The notes under the pieces: generated by a model
The model's input: only the letters and a program-made list of their open reading frames with translations
Database searches by the model: none
What the model was told of the DNA's origin: nothing
Program-made: the position numbers and the translations under genes
In this document: piece by piece, positions 10,246 through 19,205 of the stretch
Layout: each line of letters begins with the position of its first letter
Position numbering within the stretch: the first letter of the stretch is position 1
Assembly (NCBI GenBank): GCA_963641445.1
Contig: CAVIBR010000008.1
Coordinates: 4,282 to 68,281 of the forward strand
Source: Bacteroides uniformis
GTDB taxonomy: Bacteria; Bacillota_I; Bacilli_A; RFN20; CAG-826
Length of the DNA stretch: 64,000 nt
Reading direction: 5' to 3'

Positions 10246-10701
10246 CTAAGTTGTTGATCATTTAATTGAAGAAATGCAAATTTATAGGGTTATTGCGCAT
10301 GATTTTTGGATTTTTGATGTATTCAAAGAAAGATTTGATTGAGTTTTTCGATAGGTTTTAGTGATGTGCTTTGAATATACGTGTCCAGTGTTTCAAATAG
10401 CTTTTCTTGGCTAAATTAGTTGATGAACGAAAAAATGTACATGTCTTTCTTCATAATTAGAGAAGGGCTGGGAGAATGTAAGAATATATTATGAGTTTTT
10501 CAAGATGAATGAAGAAGCTAGCTTTGAATATTCGCTAGCTTTGGGCGGAGAAGTTCCAGGAAAGCTCAATTATTTAGATTTTGATGATATAGAATATGCC
10601 ATAAACGGAACGCCAAAATACCGAACTAATCTTTTTGCATTTCATTAATTGAGATGCATGCGTATTGTTTTAGCATTAGAATTTAAATGCGGAGTATTCA
10701 T

Positions 10702-11012
10702 ATGATAATCAAATGTCCTGAATGTGGAAAAGATGTGTCCTCAGAAGCCAATGCGTGCCCTTTTTGCGGATATCCTATTAATAAGAATAGAAAAAAGAAG
10801 TAAAACACAACGCAAATCATCACGCCGTTTGGAAAGATGTTGTTGGAGTTTCTGTTTCTGGCGGAGCGATGATCACCCTTTGCCCTATCCTAGTTTATTT
10901 TGGCCTTAAGAATCAAAATGATCTTCTTATTTTATCTGGGGCCATAGGCTTCATATTGTTGCTTTTCCCATTTATTATTTGTTTGCTAAATCTTGCCAAA
11001 CGGAATAGATAG
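10702..11012 (+). pseudogene. Zinc-ribbon ORF (33 aa) joined to a 2-TM ORF by a -1 frame change at A-AAA-AAG. Either a frameshifted gene or programmed -1 frameshifting.
   Basis: MIIKCPECGKDVSSEANACPFCGYPINKNRKKK stops 6 nt after the heptamer. The -1 frame continues EVKHNANHHAVWKDVVGVSVSGGAMITLCPILVYFGLKNQNDLLILSGAIGFILLLFPFIICLLNLAKRNR. Confidence 0.35.
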
Positions 11013-11068
11013 AGATTTTGCGAAAAACTGGTGTATCGGTGAAATATGAAAAAATAAAAAGTCGTTTT

Positions 11069-11776
11069 TGCACATGACTGATGATGAAGGCCTTTGCGGT
11101 ATAATCTGCTAAGCCCATGAATGACCAGAAAGAGATTTTCCATGAGGGCCGTTTGGCTCTCAGACTTGGCGGCCTGGCCAAGCGCCCTCCGTGAAAAGCA
11201 GACCGCCAAAATGAAAAATAAAAACGACCCAAGCTGGGCCGGCTCTTTGAAGTCGTATCCAGCAGATGACCAGAACCCGCTTTCGCCATCAGTGGAGCTC
11301 GTGGACAACACAATCTCCGAATGGTATCGCAAAAAGTGTGGTCGCCGAATGACTATCCAAGCCATCGAAGCTAAGAACGTTCTCGCTTTTCGAGGGCCAC
11401 ATAGCCCTAGGCTCAACGCTCGTCCACGACGGCGACAACTCTCATTCCCTGCTGATAGAGAAACTCGGGTTGAAGAGCGAGGCGCACAAGACGTCGGAGA
11501 CGGATGGAATGCCCGATTCGGAGAACCAGATGAGGGCCGTAAACGAGATCCACGCATTGCTGAAATCCTTCCTCCACAGCCACAGCAACTTCAAAAGAAG
11601 GGACCTTCAGGGGGTGGCTGAACCTGTTTTGGGTGATTTGGTCTGAGCCGGCGAACAGGATGGAGAAGATCGCCGAGTTCATAGAGATGGCGATATCGAA
11701 ACGGAAACGCATCAAGTATAGGGATGTCTTCCACAAAAAGCGCATAATTTAGGATATTTTCATCAGTCATGTGCAA
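11069..11776. mobile_element. About 710 bp GC-rich (roughly 50% GC, host about 32%) segment bounded by 16 bp perfect terminal inverted repeats (tgcacatgactgatga); MITE-like or a foreign insertion
   Basis: The left repeat is ttgcacatgactgatgatgaa at 11068-11088. The right repeat is ttcatcagtcatgtgcaa at 11759-11776. There is an abrupt composition shift. The internal ORFs are low-complexity and not convincing. Confidence 0.4.
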
Positions 11777-11893
11777 AAAATGACTTTTTTCAAAATCATG
11801 GTGAATATCATTTTTAGAACGTATTTTTGAGTCAGTTTTGCTATCAAAATAGCATATAATATTTGAGATGTGCGTAATTTCGGAGGTTGAAGA

Positions 11894-14800
11894 ATGCCAA
11901 AAGCCTTTAAATTTAAAGATGCTAACAAGCAATTGAAGTTTTATAAGAAACTTTTCTCTGATATGGATTTCGCCGAACGTTTTCCGATTTCTTGCGAAAA
12001 TGATCTTTTAAAACAGTTGAAATTATTGCAAACTAGCGGCTTTTTCGATGAATTAGTTGAAAAAGGAGTGAATGGAGGAGAATTTGATTTCAACCAGCCA
12101 AAACTAATGAGTTTCATTTCTAACGTTTATCGTCTTAAAGAAGGAACTAACTACGCTAAAAAATGCAAAGAAATACACGAATCGATGATTAAAGAAATGG
12201 TTCCTCCGATGACCGCATTATCGGATTCGTCTTTCATTTTACTTTGGATATTTTCTTCGAAAGCAGAGAAAAAAGCCGCTGAAGAAGCCTATAACAAACT
12301 AGTGAACAGCAGAAACAGCGATCTAGTTTTATCTGCAGTACACATTTTAGAGACAATTGATGGCTTGCCAAAAAGCAGTCTTGAAACCATAAAAAACGAT
12401 TATTCTACAAATAGGATAAGGTATAAACAGATCCTAAAGAAAATGAATCCTGATGTTTTCACCGAAGGTGGGAATGTTAAGATTTTCGAGGAATATATAA
12501 AAGAGCATGAAACGTTAATTGTGGAGCTAAATGAAATCGGCGCTTCCATTCAGCAAAGCAAAAAAGAAATCAAAGATTCTTTAGAGAGATTGCTTGCGGA
12601 AAAATTGATAAGCTCATTAAAGGCGATACCGGTAGAAGAACTTGCCAAGTCAAAAACGGGCATAAAGGTTAAATATTTAAAAGATGCAGGATATCATGAT
12701 TTAGCCGATATTCAACTTGCTTCTGGAGCGCAATTAGCATCCGTTTATGGCATTAGTCAAGATAAGGCGTATACAATCAAGAATGTTTGTAACGAATATT
12801 ACAAGCAAATACTTAAAGTTACCAAAATTAAGTTAAGCACCGATGACAAATCAAAAGCAGCCACTAGAGTTGTTAAGTCAATCTACGTTTATGCGAAGAA
12901 ACTGGAATTTTCAAAAAGAATAGGCAATCTTAATGCTGAATATGGCGATTCATTGAACCAAGCGTTTGCTAAATTAAAGAAAATTGGCAATGGTGTTATT
13001 TGGCCTTTTTTAAGCAAACTTGAAATTGGTGAAACTAGATCTGCTTTTGAATACGTTAAAAAAACTTTGTCAACAAATTACGAACCAAGTGCGAAGAAAG
13101 TATTGCAGGAATTTAGAAAAAATAAATCGAATTCAGACAATGCTTGGGATGATTTTGCCGTTAATTCTATTAACTATTACAACATTATTGAGGAAATATG
13201 TCCTGGATTGCTAGGAAATGGTGATTCTTTGTATGGGTTGCCGGAAGACCTTGCAAGGCAAATACAAGATGAATGCTATTTTCCTGATGGATTATTGTGC
13301 ACATTAAGAAAATACCAGGAATGGGGCGTTAAATATATTCTTCACCAAGAAAAAGTCCTTTTAGGCGATGAAATGGGTTTAGGAAAAACCATTCAAGCGA
13401 TTGCGACTATGGTTTCTTTAAAAAACACTGGTGGCACGCATTTTCTTGTTATTTGTCCAACTTCGGTTGTAACGAATTGGTGCAGGGAAATAATCAAGCA
13501 TAGTAAATTAAGAGTTACAAAAATACACGGAACAGGTAAAGAAACTGCTTTTAATTCGTGGTTGAAAACCGGTGGTGTAGCAGTTACAAATTACGAATCA
13601 ATTCCATATATAAATCTAAGAGAAAACTACAAAATCTCTTTGCTAGTCGTTGATGAGGCGCACTATATCAAAAACCCAAACGCGAGAAGAAGCGTTAATG
13701 CACGTTTATTAGCCTCTCATAGCGATAGACTTTTGTTTATGACTGGAACGGCTTTGGAAAACAGAGTTGATGAAATGATATCTTTGATTAGTGTCTTAAG
13801 ACCATCAATCGCCGATCAAATCAAACATCTAGCTTTCATGTCCTCGGCCCCGGAATTCAGAGAGAAAATAGCGCCTGTCTACTATAGGAGAAAACGTGAA
13901 GATGTTTTGACCGAATTGCCTGACAAAATAGAAAGTAAAGAATGGTGTGTTCTGAATCCTGAAGAAGAAACAATTTACGAAGAATCCATTCTTAGCAAAA
14001 ATTTTCAAAAAGCGAGAAGAATATCTTGGGATGTTGATGATTTAAATAAATCTAGCAAGGCTCAAAGGTTAAAGGAAATCGTTGATGAAGCGGAAGCTGA
14101 AGACCGCAAGATTTTGGTTTTTTCTTATTTTTTGGATACAATAAACAAAATCCATGATTTTCTTGATGGCAAATGCTTAAACCCGATTAACGGTTCAATT
14201 AATGTTAATAGAAGACAAGAAATTATCGATGAATTTGATAAGGCTCCGGCCGGAACGGTTTTGCTTGCACAAATTAATTCAGGCGGAACTGGTTTGAATA
14301 TACAATCTGCATCGGTTGTTGTAATTTGCGAGCCTCAATTTAAGCCGTCTGTTGAAAACCAAGCCATTTCTAGGGCTTATAGAATGGGACAATCCAGAAA
14401 AGTTCTCGTTTATAGATTGTTGTGTGAAAATTCTATCGATGAGAAACTTGTGGATATTCTTGAGGAAAAACAACAGCTTTTTGATGCGTTTGCGGATAAG
14501 TCCGTTGCTGCGGAAAAGACTTTTGAAATTGATGAAAAGACTTTTGGAGATGTTATTAAAGAAGAAATTGATAGAATCAACAAAAAACGTGAAATTCCTT
14601 CTGAATCAAGCCTAGATGTTCCTCCGAAAATCGAAAATCATGATAAGCCAACCGATTTAAAAGATTTTGACTATGAGCCAATCAATGTTACAAAAAACGG
14701 TAAAGAATATTATAAATCAATAATGAAGATGTCCTATGATGAATTGGTTCAATTTTTAATCAATAAGTATGGTCCAGCCAAATACGATTACTACACCAAT

Positions 14801-15292
14801 GAATATTGCACGACTAAAAACAAGAATGTTACTCGAACAAAAGAAGGACTTTACTGCCATCATATAGATGAAGATAAAGCTATTATGCTTTCAAATGATG
14901 CTTTCGCCAGGGCGAATCCTTTTGAATACCAAAAAGCGAATAGATTAGTTTATTGTAATTTTTTGGAACACTTTCTCTTACATATATTAATTGCGGAAGA
15001 GCCTAAAAAAGCTAATGCTAACAAAAAAGAACTTCAAGGAATCGGTGGAGCAGTTAGCTTTATTTGCAAACAACTTAATGATTTGTACAATGGCTACGAA
15101 TTTAAACAAGGGTGGATGAATAACACGACATCTATTGTAAAAAACGACTATGAAAGTTACATAATGATGCTAAAAAGGCTTTGGAACGATATTAAAAACG
15201 ATGAACTTTTATCGTTTATGATAAGAAAAAAAGAGTTGGCGATGGGCTGGGATGGCAGAATTTATCCAAAAGTATTAGAAGAACTAAAATAG
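11894..15292 (+). CDS. SNF2-family (Swi2/Snf2) helicase, 1132 aa, with a roughly 450 aa N-terminal domain (HhH-like) and a roughly 250 aa C-terminal extension
   Basis: Motif I LGDEMGLGKTIQAIA, motif II DEAHYIKN, MTGTALENR, and motif VI QAISRAYRMGQSRKVLVYRL. Confidence 0.85.
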   Translation: MPKAFKFKDANKQLKFYKKLFSDMDFAERFPISCENDLLKQLKLLQTSGFFDELVEKGVNGGEFDFNQPKLMSFISNVYRLKEGTNYAKKCKEIHESMIKEMVPPMTALSDSSFILLWIFSSKAEKKAAEEAYNKLVNSRNSDLVLSAVHILETIDGLPKSSLETIKNDYSTNRIRYKQILKKMNPDVFTEGGNVKIFEEYIKEHETLIVELNEIGASIQQSKKEIKDSLERLLAEKLISSLKAIPVEELAKSKTGIKVKYLKDAGYHDLADIQLASGAQLASVYGISQDKAYTIKNVCNEYYKQILKVTKIKLSTDDKSKAATRVVKSIYVYAKKLEFSKRIGNLNAEYGDSLNQAFAKLKKIGNGVIWPFLSKLEIGETRSAFEYVKKTLSTNYEPSAKKVLQEFRKNKSNSDNAWDDFAVNSINYYNIIEEICPGLLGNGDSLYGLPEDLARQIQDECYFPDGLLCTLRKYQEWGVKYILHQEKVLLGDEMGLGKTIQAIATMVSLKNTGGTHFLVICPTSVVTNWCREIIKHSKLRVTKIHGTGKETAFNSWLKTGGVAVTNYESIPYINLRENYKISLLVVDEAHYIKNPNARRSVNARLLASHSDRLLFMTGTALENRVDEMISLISVLRPSIADQIKHLAFMSSAPEFREKIAPVYYRRKREDVLTELPDKIESKEWCVLNPEEETIYEESILSKNFQKARRISWDVDDLNKSSKAQRLKEIVDEAEAEDRKILVFSYFLDTINKIHDFLDGKCLNPINGSINVNRRQEIIDEFDKAPAGTVLLAQINSGGTGLNIQSASVVVICEPQFKPSVENQAISRAYRMGQSRKVLVYRLLCENSIDEKLVDILEEKQQLFDAFADKSVAAEKTFEIDEKTFGDVIKEEIDRINKKREIPSESSLDVPPKIENHDKPTDLKDFDYEPINVTKNGKEYYKSIMKMSYDELVQFLINKYGPAKYDYYTNEYCTTKNKNVTRTKEGLYCHHIDEDKAIMLSNDAFARANPFEYQKANRLVYCNFLEHFLLHILIAEEPKKANANKKELQGIGGAVSFICKQLNDLYNGYEFKQGWMNNTTSIVKNDYESYIMMLKRLWNDIKNDELLSFMIRKKELAMGWDGRIYPKVLEELK

Positions 15293-15348
15293 CATTCACC
15301 TGAACACATTCAAAAACATGCTATAATGAGCATATATTTTATAAACTT

Positions 15349-16335
15349 ATGCAACCTAATGAGACAATGACTCCATCATATATCGATGATTGGTTGACAA
15401 TCATTGAACAAATGAACAATGACAATACGTATAAATTAGCTTGGGGAAGAGCGGTTATTGAATGTATTTGTCTTGATCGTTCTTATGAAGAAAATGGTGA
15501 GACCATTGTCGCATTCGATGAAATTGCCAGGTGCATGATTAGATATTATTGGAATCAGTTGTTTTTCTTCAAACTCAAACAATCTCCATATAAAGACAAA
15601 GAACCAATCATTTGCTCTGATGTTAATAAGCTAATTGATGAATGGAAAACGAATAAAAACAGCGTCATTCCTACCTGGTACGACGAAAAAGATGTTAGGA
15701 AAAATAATGAAGAATTGTTTGATAAGGTTCTAAAACACGTCTCTAAGACTTTGCATGAGAATGTTAGCTGGAGATTTAAGAATGTCCCCGGCAAAACATT
15801 AGAGATTTATAACTATGATAAGGCTAATTCCAGACTTATTTTCTCTAACGACGACGCGTCTTTGCTTAAGGACGCATACGGAATAATCTTATCGAAGTTA
15901 TTGAATTACAAATGGACTCAATTGCTAGAAAAGTTCAACTATCAGCCAAAGATTGCTTTGAAGGTTTCAGGCATTTCCGATAACAAAATTAGAAGAAACA
16001 ACCTTTCTAAATATAAGGAAGAATTGCTTAAGGAATATAATGGCAAAGCAATTGATTTCTATACGGGAAAAGAACTAGAAATGAACGATATTTCCATTGA
16101 TCATGTCATTCCATGGAGTTTTATGTATTCCGATGACATCTGGAATTTGGTTATCACATCAAAATCGAATAATTCTTCAAAGAGTAATTCCATACCTAGC
16201 GAGAATGTTATTGAGAGATTGAAGGAAAGAAATAACAAATTGAAAGACATTGTGAGCGGTTCATTCAAGTTAGATATCGAAGAAGCACTTAAAAACAATT
16301 ATATCGATAAGTTCTATTACGAATGTAGGTTATAG
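15349..16335 (+). CDS. HNH-endonuclease-domain protein with an N-terminal domain of unknown function
   Basis: C-terminal ISIDHVIPWSF...DIWNLVITSKSNNSSKSN fits the HNH spacing (DH...N...N). It is 56 bp downstream of the SNF2 gene. Confidence 0.55.
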   Translation: MQPNETMTPSYIDDWLTIIEQMNNDNTYKLAWGRAVIECICLDRSYEENGETIVAFDEIARCMIRYYWNQLFFFKLKQSPYKDKEPIICSDVNKLIDEWKTNKNSVIPTWYDEKDVRKNNEELFDKVLKHVSKTLHENVSWRFKNVPGKTLEIYNYDKANSRLIFSNDDASLLKDAYGIILSKLLNYKWTQLLEKFNYQPKIALKVSGISDNKIRRNNLSKYKEELLKEYNGKAIDFYTGKELEMNDISIDHVIPWSFMYSDDIWNLVITSKSNNSSKSNSIPSENVIERLKERNNKLKDIVSGSFKLDIEEALKNNYIDKFYYECRL

Positions 16336-16337
16336 AT

Positions 16338-16910
16338 ATGAGCGATTATTATAATGAGAACGCAAAATCTTTCATCGAAGACACGTTTAATTGCGACATG
16401 TCTGGCTTATATGAGTTTTTTGAACGATATTTGAATGATGCAAAAACTATCTTGGATTTAGGCTTTGGAAGTGCGAGGGATTCCCTATATTTCCAAAATA
16501 AAGGCTATACCGTGTATTCAATCGATCCGGCCTTAGAGTTTTGTGAAAATGCAAAAAAGCTAGGCCTTAAGCATGTATTTCAGATGAACGCTCAAGAAAT
16601 GAATTTTGAAAACCTTTTTGACGGAATCTGGGCTTGCGCGTCTTTGTTACACGTTCCATCAAATGAATTGAATGAAGTATTCAAGAAATGTAGTAATTCC
16701 TTAAAGGATAGTGGGACCATGTATGTTTCTTTTAAATATGGGGATTTTGAAGGAACAAGAAACGGAAGATTCTTTTTGGACTTGAATGAAGAATCCATAA
16801 AGAAGTATTTGGAAAATACAGGTCTATCGATTGTAGATACGATGATTACTAATGATGTAAGAGAAGATAAGTCTACAAAATGGTTGAATGTTATTTTGAA
16901 GAAAAAGTAA
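16338..16910 (+). CDS. Small class I SAM-dependent methyltransferase (Methyltransf_11/TehB-like)
   Basis: Motif I ILDLGFGSARDSLYF and post-I IWACASLLHV. It starts 2 bp after the HNH gene. Confidence 0.7.
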   Translation: MSDYYNENAKSFIEDTFNCDMSGLYEFFERYLNDAKTILDLGFGSARDSLYFQNKGYTVYSIDPALEFCENAKKLGLKHVFQMNAQEMNFENLFDGIWACASLLHVPSNELNEVFKKCSNSLKDSGTMYVSFKYGDFEGTRNGRFFLDLNEESIKKYLENTGLSIVDTMITNDVREDKSTKWLNVILKKK

Positions 16911-17019
16911 AAACCGTTTTGACTATTGGCGTTCAATTACGTTTAAATCGAGTTAATTTTTCCTATATTGAACTTTTTTACAATATATTGTAAGTTATCA
17001 TCGGAATTTAGAAGAGATT

Positions 17020-18384
17020 ATGTGGAGCTACTTTACCCCTATTGCAATATTCGAAGAACTTCGTTTCATTATCGAATTATTAGCCGCAGAAATCCTTTTT
17101 GTGATGCCAAATATCAAAAGAAGGAGTCATTTCTGGCTGAGGTTTGCCCTTGCTACATTTGTTATGCTCCTTCTATCTCAAGGCTATATTCTTCTTAAGT
17201 ATATGTTTGTCGCCTTAAGCATGCCACATATTGCAACTAACGTTATTGTCGTCGCATGGTATTGCTTATTGACTCTTGGGACTTGTTTTTATCAGCTTTT
17301 CCTATTTGATTTTGGCTTTGAGCAAGCAATTCTTCATACTATTTCAGGCTATGCTGTCTCGCATATCGAATACGCCTTCATTAATGAGATGCTAGCCTTA
17401 ACTCTTTTTCCGTCCTTAGGCGCAGGAGAAGATGTAACATATTTCCTTTTGTATATTCTTATTTCCCTCGTTTCTTATGCGGTTGTTCTCACTATCACGT
17501 ATTTCCTCTTAGTACGTCCATTTAAGGGATTAACATCTATCTACATGCCAAATAAGAAATCATCGATATTTGTTTATATCGTTATTCTTATTTTAACTGT
17601 CTTCCTTTGCTTTGCTGGGCAATATATCTATCGAGGGGATGATGTTTTGTATCCGGAATATATTGGTTTTACGGTTGAGATATTAGTATGTATCCTCGTT
17701 CTTTTCATTCAGTATTTCCTTTATGCGGAAAACAAGAGGAAGAGCGAGAAAGATATCGTTGATCAGCTTCTGCATGAGAATTCCCGTCAATTTGAATTGA
17801 AGAAGGAGTCAATCTCCTTGATCAATCAGAAATGCCACGATATGAAACATCAAATATCCGCGTTAAGGAATATGTCTATCGATGATAAGGAAGACACGAT
17901 TAAGAAGCTATCTGAAGAAATCATGATTTATGATTCATCGATAAGAACGAATAATGAGACATTGGATGTTCTTCTAATGGAAAAGCAATTATATTGCATC
18001 AACAAAGGCATCCGTTTGACTTATCTAGGGGACGGATCTCTTCTAAAAGGAATATCAACGACTGATTTATATACGATATTCGGGAACGCCCTTGATAATG
18101 CCATTGAAGCGGTATCCCTCACCGATAAGAAAGTAATTGATATTTCTTTGAAAGAACATGATGGAATGGTTCTTGTTTCAATATCGAATTATTATTCTAG
18201 CAAGATTGAGATGGAAAATGGTCTTCCTAAGACTTCAAAAGAAGATAAGAACTACCATGGATTCGGCATTAGATCAATCAATACGGTTGTTAAGAAATAT
18301 CACGGGATGATGAATATTTCGACTAAGGATAATATCTTTAGACTCAATATTCTTTTGCCCTTAAGTAAGGAGAGGAAGAAATGA
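17020..18384 (+). CDS. Membrane sensor histidine kinase, AgrC/LytS-like GHKL family (HATPase_c_5)
   Basis: Polytopic N-terminus. C-terminal GHKL motifs GNALDNAIEA and HGFGIRSI. Confidence 0.7.
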   Translation: MWSYFTPIAIFEELRFIIELLAAEILFVMPNIKRRSHFWLRFALATFVMLLLSQGYILLKYMFVALSMPHIATNVIVVAWYCLLTLGTCFYQLFLFDFGFEQAILHTISGYAVSHIEYAFINEMLALTLFPSLGAGEDVTYFLLYILISLVSYAVVLTITYFLLVRPFKGLTSIYMPNKKSSIFVYIVILILTVFLCFAGQYIYRGDDVLYPEYIGFTVEILVCILVLFIQYFLYAENKRKSEKDIVDQLLHENSRQFELKKESISLINQKCHDMKHQISALRNMSIDDKEDTIKKLSEEIMIYDSSIRTNNETLDVLLMEKQLYCINKGIRLTYLGDGSLLKGISTTDLYTIFGNALDNAIEAVSLTDKKVIDISLKEHDGMVLVSISNYYSSKIEMENGLPKTSKEDKNYHGFGIRSINTVVKKYHGMMNISTKDNIFRLNILLPLSKERKK

Positions 18385-19076
18385 TGAAGATTGGCATAGT
18401 TGAAGATGATGTTTTTGATCAAAAATCATTAGAAGAGATGGCTAAAGATTTCTTTGAAAGCCATTGTATCGAACATGAGATAAAAATCTTTTCTTCCGTG
18501 GATGAATATCTCAATTTCAAAGAGAAATTTGATTTATTGTATTTAGATATCATGCTAGGAAATAAGACTGGCATGGATTTAGCAAAGAAGATTCGTTCCT
18601 TTGGAGATGATGTGACTATTGTCTTTGTTACATCGTTGATGTCTTATGCGACAGAAGGCTATAGCGTGGATGCCTCCGCATATATCCTCAAACCTCTTTC
18701 AAAAGATGAATTCAAATTGAAGATGGAATGGGTCTTAAAGAAACTTGATGGCAAGAAAGTCTCGAAGATTGCTATAAATACCGATGAAGGAATTGTTAGT
18801 GTATCTATCAAAGACATCGCCTATATCGAAGTATTTGGCCATTACCTAACCTATCACATCAACGAGAAAGAATACAAGGCTAGGCAAACATTAGCCTCCG
18901 CGGAATCTTCTTTAGCGGATCATGGCTTTTTCAGGATCAGCAAATATTGCTTAGTGAACATCAATAAGATAGATAAATTCGAAGATAATTCCTTATATAT
19001 CGGTTCAGCTGAATTATCGATTTCTCGAAGCAGGAAACAGACTTTAAAGAGAAAAATCTTAGCAAGCATTGAATAG
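18381..19076 (+). CDS. Response regulator with LytTR DNA-binding domain
   Basis: REC domain (IVEDD...LDIML) plus a C-terminal LytTR-like region (SIKDIAYIEVFGHYL). It overlaps the kinase stop by 4 nt. Confidence 0.8.
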   Translation: MMKIGIVEDDVFDQKSLEEMAKDFFESHCIEHEIKIFSSVDEYLNFKEKFDLLYLDIMLGNKTGMDLAKKIRSFGDDVTIVFVTSLMSYATEGYSVDASAYILKPLSKDEFKLKMEWVLKKLDGKKVSKIAINTDEGIVSVSIKDIAYIEVFGHYLTYHINEKEYKARQTLASAESSLADHGFFRISKYCLVNINKIDKFEDNSLYIGSAELSISRSRKQTLKRKILASIE

Positions 19077-19205
19077 GGAGAAAAAAGAATTCTCTCTTTT
19101 CTTTTTCCTCACGTGCCTATTTTTTGACTTCTCATGCCCAATTTATGAAAACGCTTACATATTTTCCTATACTAGCCACGATCTTTTTCTAGGAGGAAAA
19201 ATAAC

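Noticed and set aside
10724-10909. ORF 10724..10909 (61 aa)
   Set aside because: It is the third frame across the zinc-ribbon and TM junction. The coherent reading is zinc-ribbon frame, then -1 into the TM frame. This frame gives an Arg and Cys rich nonsense peptide.
10913-11745. ORFs of 110 to 214 aa on both strands inside the GC-rich TIR-bounded segment (10913..11557 minus, 11121..11621 plus, 11413..11745 minus)
   Set aside because: The translations are low-complexity (Arg, Pro, Gly and Ser rich), mutually overlapping and without recognisable motifs. High GC alone creates long open frames. I treat them as non-coding unless homology shows otherwise.
11069-11776. Retron msr-msd ncRNA, given the inverted repeats and GC-rich RNA-like composition
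   Set aside because: The inverted repeats are about 690 bp apart, far beyond retron a1/a2 spacing. No reverse transcriptase gene is adjacent: the neighbour is an SNF2 helicase.
16968-17198. ORF 16968..17198 as a possible AgrD-like precursor upstream of the kinase
   Set aside because: It overlaps the kinase's own N-terminal coding region in another frame and has no leader or cleavage-site features.
19077-19140. Terminator after the LytTR regulator gene
   Set aside because: Only A/T-only pairing is available around gaattc (aaaagaa / ttctttt). It is too weak to call.
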